This document shows, in pieces, positions 50,679-62,485 of a stretch of 64,000 nt of DNA. Under the pieces are notes generated by a model, which was not told the origin of the DNA, searched no databases, and worked only from the letters and a program-made list of their open reading frames with translations. The position numbers and the translations under genes were made by a program. Numbering within the stretch: the first letter of the stretch is position 1; each line of letters opens with the position of its first letter. The stretch comes from Phoronis australis (taxonomy: Eukaryota > Animalia > Phoronida): positions 154,534-218,533 of the forward strand of contig NMRA01000173.1 in NCBI GenBank assembly GCA_002633005.1, read 5' to 3'.

Positions 50679-50910
50679 GTATAATGACCTTGCTAAGTTT
50701 ATATTTTGTCCACTTACAGTTGGTGTGTCTGTTACCTCTCTTAGTCTTAGCAGTAGAGATGTTGGTGGTGCTCTCATAGGGCCTTCGTACGACAAAAGCA
50801 TCATATCCCCTGGTGCATGCAGTGTAAAAATGGTTATTTGCTGATTTGGGCTAATGAACGAAGGACTGCTTGTAAAAAGTTTGATTACAGGAGTATTTGT
50901 TCGAGTTTGG

Positions 50911-51231
50911 CAGTGACAGGCCCAATGAATTATATAGGCGACAGAAACTGGAGGGAGTGAAATTAAGCCAACGAAGTGACGTCACCCAGGCTGTTGAGCC
51001 GACCGACCTGACGTCACTAAGGCCAGTACGAAACTGGCCACCCTCCCTCCGCGTTCGTTAAAAAACGGTCCGCGAGAAAAAAAACTGGACACCTTGAATC
51101 CAAATAGGGGGCCAGTGCAATACCCGGGACCAAGGAGGTGCCAAAACAGGTGCAACGAAGGTCTGTAATGGAGCCGGGGGGGGGGGAGAGGGAGACGGAG
51201 TTTGTGCAAACGATGCATTTTATATAATAGA
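50911..51231 (-). mobile_element. Helitron 5' fragment in PPTC7 intron 1
   Basis: Minus strand starts A|TCTATTATATAAAATGCATCG; aligns with 22730-23030. Confidence 0.8.
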
Positions 51232-52292
51232 TTCATTGATTGCCTAGTTCTCAAAATCAAGGACTTCCGAAGATGGAATAGGTAACCTACACATTCAGGC
51301 CCAGAACCACTTAATGTCTTAATGTAATGGGTAAGCTACAGATTCAGGCCCAGAACCACTTAATGGAATGGGTAAGCTACAGATTCAGGCCCAGAACCGC
51401 ATAATGTAATGGGTAAGCTACAGATTTAAATTTCAGGTCAACGTAATGACTGCCATAAGTTGGACAATTGCTTAAAATATTTTCCAAATATACCAAACCC
51501 TATTCAAGACAATATGCCACGTTTGCCAATCACTTGTACCACAATACCACATTAACCCAAATGGATTTGAGACAAAATGCAGATGATAATTCCTGAAAGA
51601 GCAAACTCTCCAAGTTGGCGAGAGGTCCTATGCTCTTCCTTTTCTTAGAATCCCCTGGTTCTGTTTGGCAACATTCATCCATCAACTAACTGTATGTTGG
51701 TGCTTGCTGTAGGTTGGTGTTTGCTGTAGGTTGGTGCTTGATGTAGGTTGGTGCTTGATGTAGGTTGGTAATCCCTGTGTGTTAAAGCATTGAATATGTT
51801 GAGAAACATGATGCCTCTGTTGTATCACAGTGTTACATGTAAACCTGACATTGCTGTGTTGAAATTTATGGAAATCATGTAGGTCACCAGAAAGACTTTC
51901 ATTAGCCTAGTGTTATGATCAACTAGTCATAGTTCTCCAGTATCACGTGGTGCCCCTGTAAACACATCCCATGCATGGAAGAAACCACTTAGAGATTGTT
52001 TTTGGTAGCAAGTACCACAACTTAATGTTCTTTTGTTCAATGAAGTAAATTACATTGTATGTGTGAGAGGTCAACTAATTTTCATAGATTTGAATAGATG
52101 TCTTGCATTTGCTTGAAATGATTTTTCCATAGGCAGTTGTCAACTTATTCTTAAAGTCGCATATCCTTGTTGTACTATACTGTTAGTGGTCTCTCGTAGA
52201 GCTAATACCTGTGTTTTACCCAACATCAGATAAGTGTTATAAGAAATGTACAGTGAGTGGTCTCTCAGGAATTATCTTTTGTCTTCCACTAG

Positions 52293-52472
52293 GTGTCGCT
52301 GATGGTGTGGGTGGATGGCGCAACTACGGCATTGACCCGTCTCACTTCTCACGCACAATCATGCGAACATGTGAACGTTTGGCTCAACAAGGACATTTTA
52401 AGCCCAACTCACCTGAAGGTCTGCTTGAACAAGGCTACAATGAGCTTCTGGAACAGAAAGAGCCAATTTCTG
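52293..52472 (+). CDS. PPTC7: PPTC7 exon 2
   Basis: cactag acceptor; reads GVADGVGGWRNYGIDPSHFSRTIMRTCERL...KEPIS; gtatgc donor; 180 bp; PP2C ADGVGGW motif. Confidence 0.96.
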
Positions 52473-52501
52473 GTATGCATAATATATATATATGTATATA
52501 T

Positions 52502-53608
52502 CAGGGCTTGGAATTTTCCGCGGAAACGCGGATTTCCGCTTTTTTGAAATGTGCTTTCCGCTTTTTATGCGCCCACATATTTATATGTGGACGCATTATG
52601 CCGTCATCTCCGTCCGTCCGTCCGTCCGTCCGGGCGGCGTCTGGCGTCCGGCGTCCGCTGCTCTATCTCCAGAACCCTTTGACATACGTTCATGAAATTT
52701 GGCACATATGTTCCATTCATGAATGGGACGGCATGTGCGAACTTTCGGACGGATCCGACTACCGGTGTGCCCCCTAGTGGCAATTTTAGTTTTTTACGCT
52801 TACCTTTGTATCTTCANNNNNNNNNNNNNNNNNNNNNNNNNNNNNNNNNNNNNNNNNNNNNNNNNNNNNNNNNNNNNNNNNNNNNNNNNNNNNNNNNNNN
52901 NNNNNNNNNNNNNNNNNNNNNNNNNNNNNNNNNNNNNNNNNNNNNNNNNNNNNNNNNNNNNNNNNNNNNNNNNNNNNNNNNNNNNNNNNNNNNNNNNNNN
53001 NNNNNNNNNNNNNNNNNNNNNNNNNNNNNNNNNNNNNNNNNNNNNNNNNNNNNNNNNNNNNNNNNNNNNNNNNNNNNNNNNNNNNNNNNNNNNNNNNNNN
53101 NNNNNNNNNNNNNNNNNNNNNNNNNNNNNNNNNNNNNNNNNNNNNNNNNNNNNNNNNNNNNNNNNNNNNNNNNNNNNNNNNNNNNNNNNNNTTTTATAAT
53201 ATTTCCGCGTAAAAAATCGGATTTGATATGAAATTTCCGCGGCAAATTCCTTTCTTACCGCGGCGTTGCAGACGACGTTCACCTCGGAAAGCGGAAGTTG
53301 CTCTTTATTGTCAACATTGCCGGGGCATCTGGGTAAAGCGTGGTGTGATTTTAAATGGCGGCTCGTGATATTGTTAAGCGCGGCGACAAATACTACCGCT
53401 CTGCAGCCAAATTTGTGTGGGTTGGGAGTGGACGGGCGAGCGAAAAGGACGCAGACACATGCTACTGATGGTGGTAACGTTTTTTTTTTAGTCCTCTCGA
53501 TTTTTGTCGCGGAAAGGTTCACATTGACCATTTCAAAGGCTGTTTATCGGGCATGATTTGGGCCGTAAAAGTTTCTGCGTTTTTTGTCATTGGTCATTCC
53601 AAGCCCTG
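52502..53608. mobile_element. hAT-like non-autonomous element in PPTC7 intron 2
   Basis: Perfect 13-bp TIR CAGGGCTTGGAAT; flanks are (TA)n, so the TSD is ambiguous; contains a nested HINE-like copy from ~52562. Confidence 0.75.
52562..52816 (+). mobile_element. HINE-like element, 5' part (runs into gap)
   Basis: Near-identical to 54498-54735, including ATGCGCCCAC, (CCGT)n and TTCATGAAATTTGGCACA. Confidence 0.8.
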
Positions 53609-53615
53609 ATATATA

Positions 53616-55462
53616 CTAGCCGTTACCCGTAGCAGCTAGTGGGAATCGCCGAGGGGAAGTAGCTACACCTAAGAGCGAACCGAGTGTTCATGGCAAGAGA
53701 CAGGAATATTACTAAAGAGACCGTGTTCAAAGCTTCAAGCAGAATTCCTGTCACTGGCAGTACAAATTTCTTTCCAGAACATTTGCCCCTGCCGTAACAT
53801 TCACCTTGCCAGTTACAGCCGTTCATAGAAGTAAAAAATCTATTAAAAGTTAACAAAGGAAAATCTGGCGTCGTTTTGAAAACCAGGTGGTGCATACTCG
53901 TGACACACGCACGTAGGCCTACGCGCCATTTACTAAAACTTTGCGATATCTCTCGAGATTTTGTTCTGAAATTGGGTTTTCTGGTATTAAAATAGTAAAA
54001 ACTTGTTACGAAATGAAACCACTTCCGATTGTTATGATCTGTACGCAACCTCGCAGTTGATCGAAGAACATGGAAATTGGCCAATAAGAGCGCATGGCAA
54101 TTTTAGCAGCAGAATAACTGAAGAACGCCAATGTTCCAGCACCCGGGTAAATATTAGTTTACTCAAGGAAACAATTTTTAATGAGGCATCATTAATTTGG
54201 GCAGCGACAGGCCCGATGAATTATATACGCGACAAAAGCCGGAGGGAGTGAAATTAAGCCAACGGGGTGACATCACCCAGGCCGTTGAGCCGACCCGACT
54301 GACGTCACCAAGGCCAGTACGAAGCTAGCCACCCTCCCTCCGCGTCCGCGAAAAAACGCCCCGCGAGAAAAATATAGGACACCTCGAATCCTAATAGGGG
54401 GCCGGTGCAATACCTGGGACCAAGGCAGTGCCGAAATGGGCGCAACGAAGGTCTGTAGTGGAGCGGGGGAGACGGAATTTGTGCAAACGATGCATTTTTA
54501 TGCGCCCACAGATTTATATGTGGACGCATTATGCTGTCATCTCCGTCCGTCCGGGCAGGCGGCGTCCGGCGTCCGCTGCTCTATCTCCAAAAGCCTTTGA
54601 CATACGTTCATGAAATTTGGCACATATGTTCCATTCATGAATGGGACGGCATGTGCGAACTTTCGGACGGATCCGACTACCGGTGTGCCCCCTAGTGGCA
54701 ATTTTAGTTTTTTACGCTTACCTTTGTATCTTCAAAAGTCCTGAACGGATTTTCATGNNNNNNNNNNNNNNNNNNNNNNNNNNNNNNNNNNNNNNNNNNN
54801 NNNNNNNNNNNNNNNNNNNNNNNNNNNNNNNNNNNNNNNNNNNNNNNNNNNNNNNNNNNNNNNNNNNNNNNNNNNNNNNNNNNNNNNNNNNNNNNNNNNN
54901 NNNNNNNNNNNNNNNNNNNNNNNNNNNNNNNNNNNNNNNNNNNNNNNNNNNNNNNNNNNNNNNNNNNNNNNNNNNNNNNNNNNNNNNNNNNNNNNNNNNN
55001 NNNNNNNNNNNNNNNNNNNNNNNNNNNNNNNNNNNNNNNNNNNNNNNNNNNNNNNNNNNNNNNNNNNNNNNNNNNNNNNNNNNNNNNNNNNNNNNNNNNN
55101 NNNNNNNNNNNNNNNNNNNNNNNNNNNNNNNNNNNNNNNNNNNNNNNNNNNNNNNNNNNNNNNNNNNNNNNNNNNNNNNNNNNNNNNNNNNNNNNNNNNN
55201 NNNNNNNNNNNNNNNNNNNNNNNNNNNNNNNNNNNNNNNNNNNNTATAGGATGTGCTTGTATTATGAAGATTACTCACATTTTACCCCTAGCCTATTGAG
55301 GAGACAAGGACCATGCCTTTCCATTTTGCTAAGTACAACATACTACATATATGCCCTCTACTGGCCACTTTATGGTACCAATAAACAACCCTAGAAGGAT
55401 ACCGTATGCGGTGCAATTGTGGGCGCATTTCAACGCTCTGCGTTGCTCTTGTATATAATAGA
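53616..55462 (-). mobile_element. Non-autonomous Helitron, full length, interrupted by a HINE
   Basis: Minus strand begins A|TCTATTATATA (55462) and ends with hairpin CCCACTAGCTGCTACGGG then CTAG|T (53616). No TSD; inserted at A-T. Confidence 0.8.
54498..55452 (+). mobile_element. Helentron-associated interspersed element (HINE/DINE-like), interior gapped
   Basis: 5' T-run plus ATGCGCCCAC and (CCGT)n. 3' subterminal inverted copy GTGGGCGCAT, short hairpin CAACGC...GCGTTG and terminal CTCTTGT. Inserted in a T-run. Confidence 0.8.
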
Positions 55463-56239
55463 TATATATACATATGTATATGTTTCATTGAAAAGTAAGC
55501 TGTTCTTGGCTTTAATTATTTTGTGCAACAAACTTTCATAGTGTCTCATACTGTTGCTTGGTAGCTTCATGCCCTTTAGTTTGGTTACCAGTTGCAAGAT
55601 TAGAGCTCTTTGACTTGAAACCATACACAAACAAAGTATTTTTTCGACATTGCAACTGCAGACATCGGCGCAGATGACAGTTTCCACACATGCCGCAAGA
55701 CAGTCAAATGTCGTAAAGTTTTATTGATATGCGCTAACGAGTCATTGCTACTATGTAACAATCGAGTGTCAAAATGCGTATAACTATGAGACAAAGCATC
55801 GAGAGCCTAGCGTGCGTTCAAATTGCTCTGAACTAGCTAAAGTCAAAACTTTGCGAGATTACATGAGATACTGTCATGTATTTAAATGAGAACACGTGAC
55901 TTTGGCTAGAACTATTCGAATGCAAGTGCCTCAGATTGCGTCCAGTCATGAGCTTCTGCATCAAACAACACCTTTCCGATTTGCGCCGGATATTACCGGC
56001 AGTGGTGACTAAATAAGTGGGTTACCACTGCTACAAATATTTTCTGATCGCTCAGATTTATTATAGTTTACAAAAATTCCTTAACTTGTCCTATCGAACA
56101 AGCTGCTTGGCTGTGAGCTTGTACAGACCAACACATTGGTTGTCCCAGGCAGTCAGACTACTGTTAATGTTGAGTCCTGCTGCTGTGTTTGTTTGCTAAA
56201 CATTTCTCACCCAGTGTGTTATATCACATCTTATTACAG

Positions 56240-56438
56240 GCAGTGCTACAGCATGCATTGTTGCCCTTTATCGGGAGAAACAGTCATTACACACAGCTAA
56301 CCTTGGAGACAGTGGCTTCCTTGTAATTCGCCGTGGCAAGGTGGTTCATCGGTCAGAGGAACAGCAGCACTACTTCAACACCCCCTATCAATTGTCGTCA
56401 GCTCCAGCCAGTCATACCGGACAAATACTCAGTGATAG
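56240..56438 (+). CDS. PPTC7: PPTC7 exon 3
   Basis: ttacag acceptor; reads [53 protein letters not shown]...ILSD; gtctgt donor; 199 bp. Confidence 0.96.
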
Positions 56439-57019
56439 GTCTGTATTATAGGGACACATGGCAGTACCTGTCAGTTTACAGACCCATACCTGTTTTACTA
56501 TTGGCTAATGCTGTTGACCTTTTTTTGCTGTCATCCGTTAATGAGCAGTGTTGTCTGTAGCATAGTAAAACTCACTTTAGCTGGCCAGGTATTAAGTCCG
56601 AGTCTGCTCAACTCAAAGGTCTATGGTGATGTTTTTTCATGGAATCCTTGGTAAAGCTCTATGTGTAAGCCTGAGTTCTTAAATTGGATTTCCACTCAGC
56701 TCGGCAGAGAATATGTAAGGATCATTTAAGATAAACTCTCGCAGGTTTTATCTCTCTTAAATGTGACGATGAATTAAGACGAACTCTCAGTTCTTTCCAC
56801 TTCTGTTAAATTATAAACTTCATGAAAGGCACTTGTCTGCAAATGAATCAAGTTTAAACATTTAACCAAAGAATTAAATGTGACTTTTTTCTAATTAAGC
56901 TTTGAATTACTGAGGGGGCACTAACAAAATGGCCGCTGCAGTTGATTGGCATTGAACTTTAAACACTGTCATTTACCAATGTCATAATGGTTTTGTTTTA
57001 ATTCGTGTTTTGTTTTCAG

Positions 57020-57143
57020 TCCTACGTCAGCTGACAGTACACAATTTGATGTGCAAGAAGGAGACGTAATAGTTGTTGGTACTGATGGCCTGTTTGATAA
57101 TTTGAGTGATGACATGATATGTCAACATGTCCATAGAATAAAG
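57020..57143 (+). CDS. PPTC7: PPTC7 exon 4
   Basis: ttttcag acceptor; reads SPTSADSTQFDVQEGDVIVVGTDGLFDNLSDDMICQHVHRIK; gtaaga donor; 124 bp; DGLFDN motif. Confidence 0.96.
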
Positions 57144-58406
57144 GTAAGAGAAATGAGCCATCTACAGCTGTGTTCACTCAGTCAGTTGTCCCAGTACAAA
57201 TTGCCCCGGTCAGCTAAGCGTTCAAATGACAAACCAGCCCCTGCGAACAAAGCCAGGGTATGCATTTGGATATATCATTTTAGGGACCAAAAGTCAAATC
57301 CAAGCATATGCCCAGGTGGATATTTGGAACTGAGGAATAAGTGCTCAGATGTATCTATACAGTAGCGGGTTTGAAAGTTGAAAATCCAGGGACATTTTCC
57401 TCACTAAAACACCACAGTGAAAACTTTTTGTTTACAGTTACATAAAACTGATGGGCATATTGTTGAAAATTTACTTGAATTTCGGTTTTAGTATCCGTTT
57501 CCTCCATAACTTAGAATTCAGTCATCCATACTTTTCCCAAATAAAGGCGTTTGGTGTACCTACACGAAACTTTCTTAATGTACACTCACTGGACGTATGT
57601 AAAATTGAGCCTGTAAGAAAATAGTCACTCTGTGCATGTGTCATGGGAGGAGAGATTGCTCCTATAAATTACACAAGTGGGTAGCTGACAACTTCCTCCG
57701 CTTCTTTCTGGGCTAGGGCAAGATGATTCCTAGAAAATTGCACTTCCTCAAAGAGGTGTGGTAAGTCATCTCACAGGTGTCGTGTTGCTCCAGTTTATGG
57801 TTTGTCCACACCTGGACCTGAGCATTTATTCCTGGGCAGCTGTCTGTCTGGGCCCAACTGTCTGTCTGAGCCCAACTTTCTGTCTGGGCCCAACTTGAGG
57901 CTGGTTTGAAGGTAGCTAAATGAAGAATTCTTTTCTTGGTTTCTAACAGCAGCATGGAAGTAGTATATCAGCATGTTCAGATTTAAGATCAAGATGGCTG
58001 ACAGTAGCAAATTAACCTTTGGCTTTTTTCATACGAGTTATGCCATATCACACCATGTACACAAAATTAAAGCTCAGATGAATTAAAGAACTGGTTCATC
58101 TATTTCTAGTAGTAAGAATGTGGAACAAATCAGTTATGTGCCACACCTAATTAGTTCTGACAGCGTAATTACTAGCACATAGACAATTTTAGTAGTTTGT
58201 AGCTCCTTGCCAAGTTGATTTAAGAAACCATTAACGTTTGCAGCGGTCATTATTTTTCTAAACTACCCAGTTGCCGCATTATGTTTTGCTATGTAGGACT
58301 GCCGTCGTAGTTCTGCATGCAGTATAGACTTAGTATCAGTATTACAAACATTGGTGCAATGGTTTAAAAATCTCATACTCATGTGACTTTTGTTTCCATA
58401 TTGTAG

Positions 58407-58536
58407 CCTAACAAAAAAGAATCACTTCAGCAAACAGCTGATTCAATTGCTACTACTGCCCGCTTGCTTGCATTTGATCCTGACTATATGTCACCATTTT
58501 CGGAGGCAGCCATTAGCAACGGCATTATATGTACAG
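58407..58536 (+). CDS. PPTC7: PPTC7 exon 5
   Basis: ttgtag acceptor; reads PNKKESLQQTADSIATTARLLAFDPDYMSPFSEAAISNGIICT; gtaagt donor; 130 bp. Confidence 0.95.
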
Positions 58537-58805
58537 GTAAGTCATTGTGCGAAACGCAATACGAACATTTCACTCTTACAGTAGAGCATTATCAGCCATA
58601 AAGGCAAAAAAGTGTTGAAGAATTAACAGCAAAAAGTCAGGGTAACTCGGCAAACAACCGTCGTCTACACAGAAAGTTTTTTTGTGATTAAATATGAAAT
58701 GATGCATAACGAAATGTACAAACTTTCGCATCATTAAAACATAAATTTAAAACTGTTGTAGTTCCCTCTTTGCCACTCAGAGCAGTTACATGTGGCATAG
58801 TACTA

Positions 58806-60180
58806 TTTTATTGTGCACTCGCATGTTTACATGTGGGTACATACTGCTGTCAGGGCGTCGGGCATCTGCAGCTGTTGGGCATCCGCAGCTGTATCTCTTG
58901 AACCCTTGCAAGGGAGATTTGGCATGTGTGTTCCTATGAAGCTGATGAAAGATTAAGGCGACTTCCAGACCGATCCGACTATTGCTGTGTCCCCTTGTGG
59001 CAATTTTTTTACGGTTGCCTCTGTATTGTCTAATTCTTTGACAGATGTTTGTGAAATTTAGCAAAAAAGGTTTCTATTATGAAGGCTATGCCACCTTACA
59101 TTTTCAGATGTCTTTGACGGTTCTGCATAATCTAGTGGTCGTTTCGTGAATTTTCGAGTCCATTTTTTGACATTTGCCTTTCTGTCTGCTAACAACTTGA
59201 GGGAACATTATGAAACTTGACAGAGGTGTTTCTGATGAGGTGACCGCAGTTGACATTGATTTTTGGTTGTGTTTGACTTCTAAGGTGCCCCCTAGTGGGG
59301 ATTTTTTCATTTTGCGTCCACGGCTGTATCTCCTTAACCCTCTGGAGGAACTTTGTGAAATTTGGCAGAAGTGTCCCTATGGAGTTGACAACAGATGATG
59401 ATGGGTTTCAGCCCAATCCGACCATTGGTGTGCCCCCTAGTGGCTATTTTGTACGTTTTCCTGTGTATCTTCTGAGTTCATAGAGGGATTTTCATGAAAT
59501 TTGACAAATAGGTTTCTATTAAGGTTACAACAGTGTCTTTCTATTTTTGGACAGATTTTACGTATCATGTGCCCCCTAGTGGGGAGTTTCGAGTCCATTT
59601 TTGGAGTCCGCCACTATCCGCCACTTTCCGCCACTATCTGCCAAAGTACGTGGAGGATTGTTATGATCGTTGTGAAAATTATGTTTCTGATGAGAAGACC
59701 CTGGCTTGCATTGATATTCAGATGGGCCTACTTTGGTGCCCCCTAGTGGTGTTTGTTCCATCTATGGCTGTGTCTCCTTAACCTTTGTGAAATTTGGGGG
59801 TGTTCCTATGGAGCTGACAGCATTCTGTAAGGCTTTTCAAACCCATTCATTTACTGCTCTGCCCCCCAATGGCAGTTTTAGTTGTTTACGGTTGCCTCTA
59901 CGGAGTTCACAGATGGATTTTCGTGAACTTTGGCAAATAGCTTTCTATTAAGAACATGACAATAGTCTTCCATTTTTGTATGGATTTGATGTAGTTTTGC
60001 ACCACCTAGTGGCTATTTGTATTTTTTCGAGTGCTGTTTTTGTTCCTGATAAGAAGTTGTTGATTTGCAGACAGATTTGACAAATGTAACGCCTCCCGGT
60101 GGCGATTTTTGTCTTATTTGCTTCCTCAGCTTTTTTCTCCTTATTGCTTTGAAGGATCTTTGTGAAATTTTGCTATATAA
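58806..60180 (+). mobile_element. Older HINE-like element with an internal ~140-150 bp tandem array (PPTC7 intron 5)
   Basis: Degenerate HINE 5' end, then recurring units with TGCCCCCTAGTGG, GTGAAATTTG and TTCTATT motifs; boundaries approximate. Confidence 0.65.
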
Positions 60181-60650
60181 TTAGTTTTATATGATAGATG
60201 TGACTACGGCTAGGTATGACTTTTGGACAACTTCAAAACTCCTTGAATGTAGAGCTTTGAATTTAGCCTTTTAGTCTTAAAAACATTTTAAAGACCTTAA
60301 TTATTTATTGGTTTATGCAATTTTAATTTTGTTTTGATGCATAAGTATATTTTTACATTTTTTAACGACAGGCATCTTTCTTGAAATATATTTTATGCAT
60401 TAATTTAAAGTAATTAAGAATGCATAATATTAAGTTTGTTAACTTGATTCCCTCTTTTTAAACATTTGTCCTAGTTGCGAAAAAGGTTAGGTTTAATACG
60501 TACAAAGTTGTTCTAAAATGGCCTTGAATTTCCATTTAGTATGCCTTGAACTATCCTGTCCTCAAATTTGTTCGTCAAATGTTTTATACAAACCATTTGG
60601 ATGGCCCTCCACTCACATGGTTAGGAGTTCCACTTGTTAATAAAGTGGAT

Positions 60651-60849
60651 GTGAAGTAGTCAGTCTATTGATTCTGTACTCAGTGAAGTAGTCAGTCTAT
60701 TGAGTCTGTACTCAGTGAAGTAGTCAGTCTATTGATTCTTTGCTCAGTGAAGTAGTCAGTCTATTGAGTCTGTACTCAGTGAAGTAGTCAGTCTATTGAG
60801 TCTGTACTCAGTGAAGTAGTCAGTTTATTGAGTTTTTACTCAGTGAAGT
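60651..60849. repeat. 32-bp minisatellite, ~6 copies
   Basis: Unit GTGAAGTAGTCAGTCTATTGAGTCTGTACTCA. Confidence 0.92.
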
Positions 60850-60983
60850 CCTATTAAAGCTGTAACTTTACCTTACTTTCATTTAAATTGGAACACCCCC
60901 GGTAACCCGAATGGTTGATCAATTCTTGTGGATCAATTCTTGTGCCATGTAATGAATTCTAATGGTTAAACTTGTTTCTTTAG

Positions 60984-61045
60984 GAGGCAAACCTGATGAT
61001 ATTACAGTCGTCATAGCAACAGTAAATGAAGGAGAGGTAACCTAG
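60984..61045 (+). CDS. PPTC7: PPTC7 terminal exon 6
   Basis: ctttag acceptor; reads GGKPDDITVVIATVNEGEVT then TAG; GGKPDDIT motif. Spliced CDS is 948 bp, 315 aa. Confidence 0.95.
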
Positions 61046-61944
61046 CATCAGGACTGAAGCTGATTTAGTCACGTGTTGATTATTTATTTATTCACTCTGT
61101 TGATATTCATGTTGAAGAGTTATCATACCCAACCTGTGTATGTTTGAAAGTGTATCCAGCTTTTGTTCATTGTGTGCTTGATGTTCAGGATGGGAAGTCA
61201 TGTTACTCTTAAATCTGTGAACCAACAGCTTTAACTAACCAACTACTCTATTTTAGTGAATTTCATCTTCAGTGACCTTTTTGTTGTAACTTCACCTCTG
61301 TTATCGTAAGACGCACACCGTTGTTGTGAACACATGCTGGAAATACATTGGTTCATAAAAAGTTGAAATCTCAGAAGTTTCACTCTCCATTATGAAATTA
61401 ACCTCTGACGTGGAAGTCACGAGATGTTCAAGTTTCAGTCTTACTGAACATTTTGTTAGTTTGTTATTTAGATTTCTTTCTTTTCTCACTTCTTCACTTC
61501 TGTTCATAGAAATAGATCATACTGATACTGGTGCTGTCTTCTTTTGCACGGATTAAGATTTACCATCTTGGCCCTCTGTGGATGGTGGTTCAAGGGTTAA
61601 GATTCACATTCTTGACCGTCTGTGAATGGTGGTTCAAATCTGTGCCTGGGTCTGTTTGATGAAAAGTGACTTAAGACTTATGACAGAAATTTGGCCTTCT
61701 GCTCCACATAACTATTTCTGAAAAATAATCAGAACTCATTTTATCAAAAGAACAAAAGTATCAGAGAGTATGCTCATAACTGCTGCTTACTGAGAAAATT
61801 TGAACCAATTATTTCCAAACAGTGATGCACTAATAATTACATGACTAATCATTTGGTAATAGTGAATGTAAGTCTGAAGTCACTTTCATGAAATAGACCT
61901 TTGGAGTGTGTAGTGTTTAGGGACCAATTGCTGCTGAACTGTAT

Positions 61945-62485
61945 GCCAGCTTAGTCATGTTGACCTGTGTGTGACTGAGAGTGTCATCATGCCAGCTATG
62001 TCATGTTGACCTGTGTGTGACTGAGAGTGTCATCATGCCTGCTTAGTCATGTTGACCTGTGTGTGACTGAGAGTGTCATCATGCCAGCTATGTCATGCTG
62101 ACCTGTGTGTGACTGAGAGTGCCATCATGCCAGCTTAGTCATGCTGACCTGTGTGTGGCTGAGAGTGTCATCATGCCTGCTTAGTCATGTTGACCTGTGT
62201 GTGACTGAGAGTGTCATCATGCCAGCTATGTCATGCTGATCTGTATGTGACTGAGANGGACCAATTGCTGCTGAACTGTATGCCTGCTTAGTCATGCTGA
62301 CCTGTGTGTGGCTGAGAGTGTCATCATGCCAGCTTAGTCATGCTGACCTGTGTGTGACTGAGAGTGTCATCATGCCTGCTTAGTCATGTTGACCTGTGTG
62401 TGACTGAGAGTGTCATCATGCCTGCTTAGTCATGCTGATCTGTATGTGACTGAGAGTGTCATCATGCCAGGTTTGTCATGCTGAT
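61945..62485. repeat. ~45-bp minisatellite, partly duplicated across the N at 62257
   Basis: Unit GTCATGTTGACCTGTGTGTGACTGAGAGTGTCATCATGCCAGCTTA. Confidence 0.9.

Noticed and set aside
61037-61060. Alternative donor (gag|gtaacc) or stop read-through at the PPTC7 C-terminus
   Set aside because: The protein already ends where homologs end, read-through would add only 3-4 residues, and no downstream exon was found.
61568-61655. tRNA or SINE-like head (GGTTCAAATC B-box-like)
   Set aside because: No cloverleaf can be folded, and the motif is part of a short local duplication.
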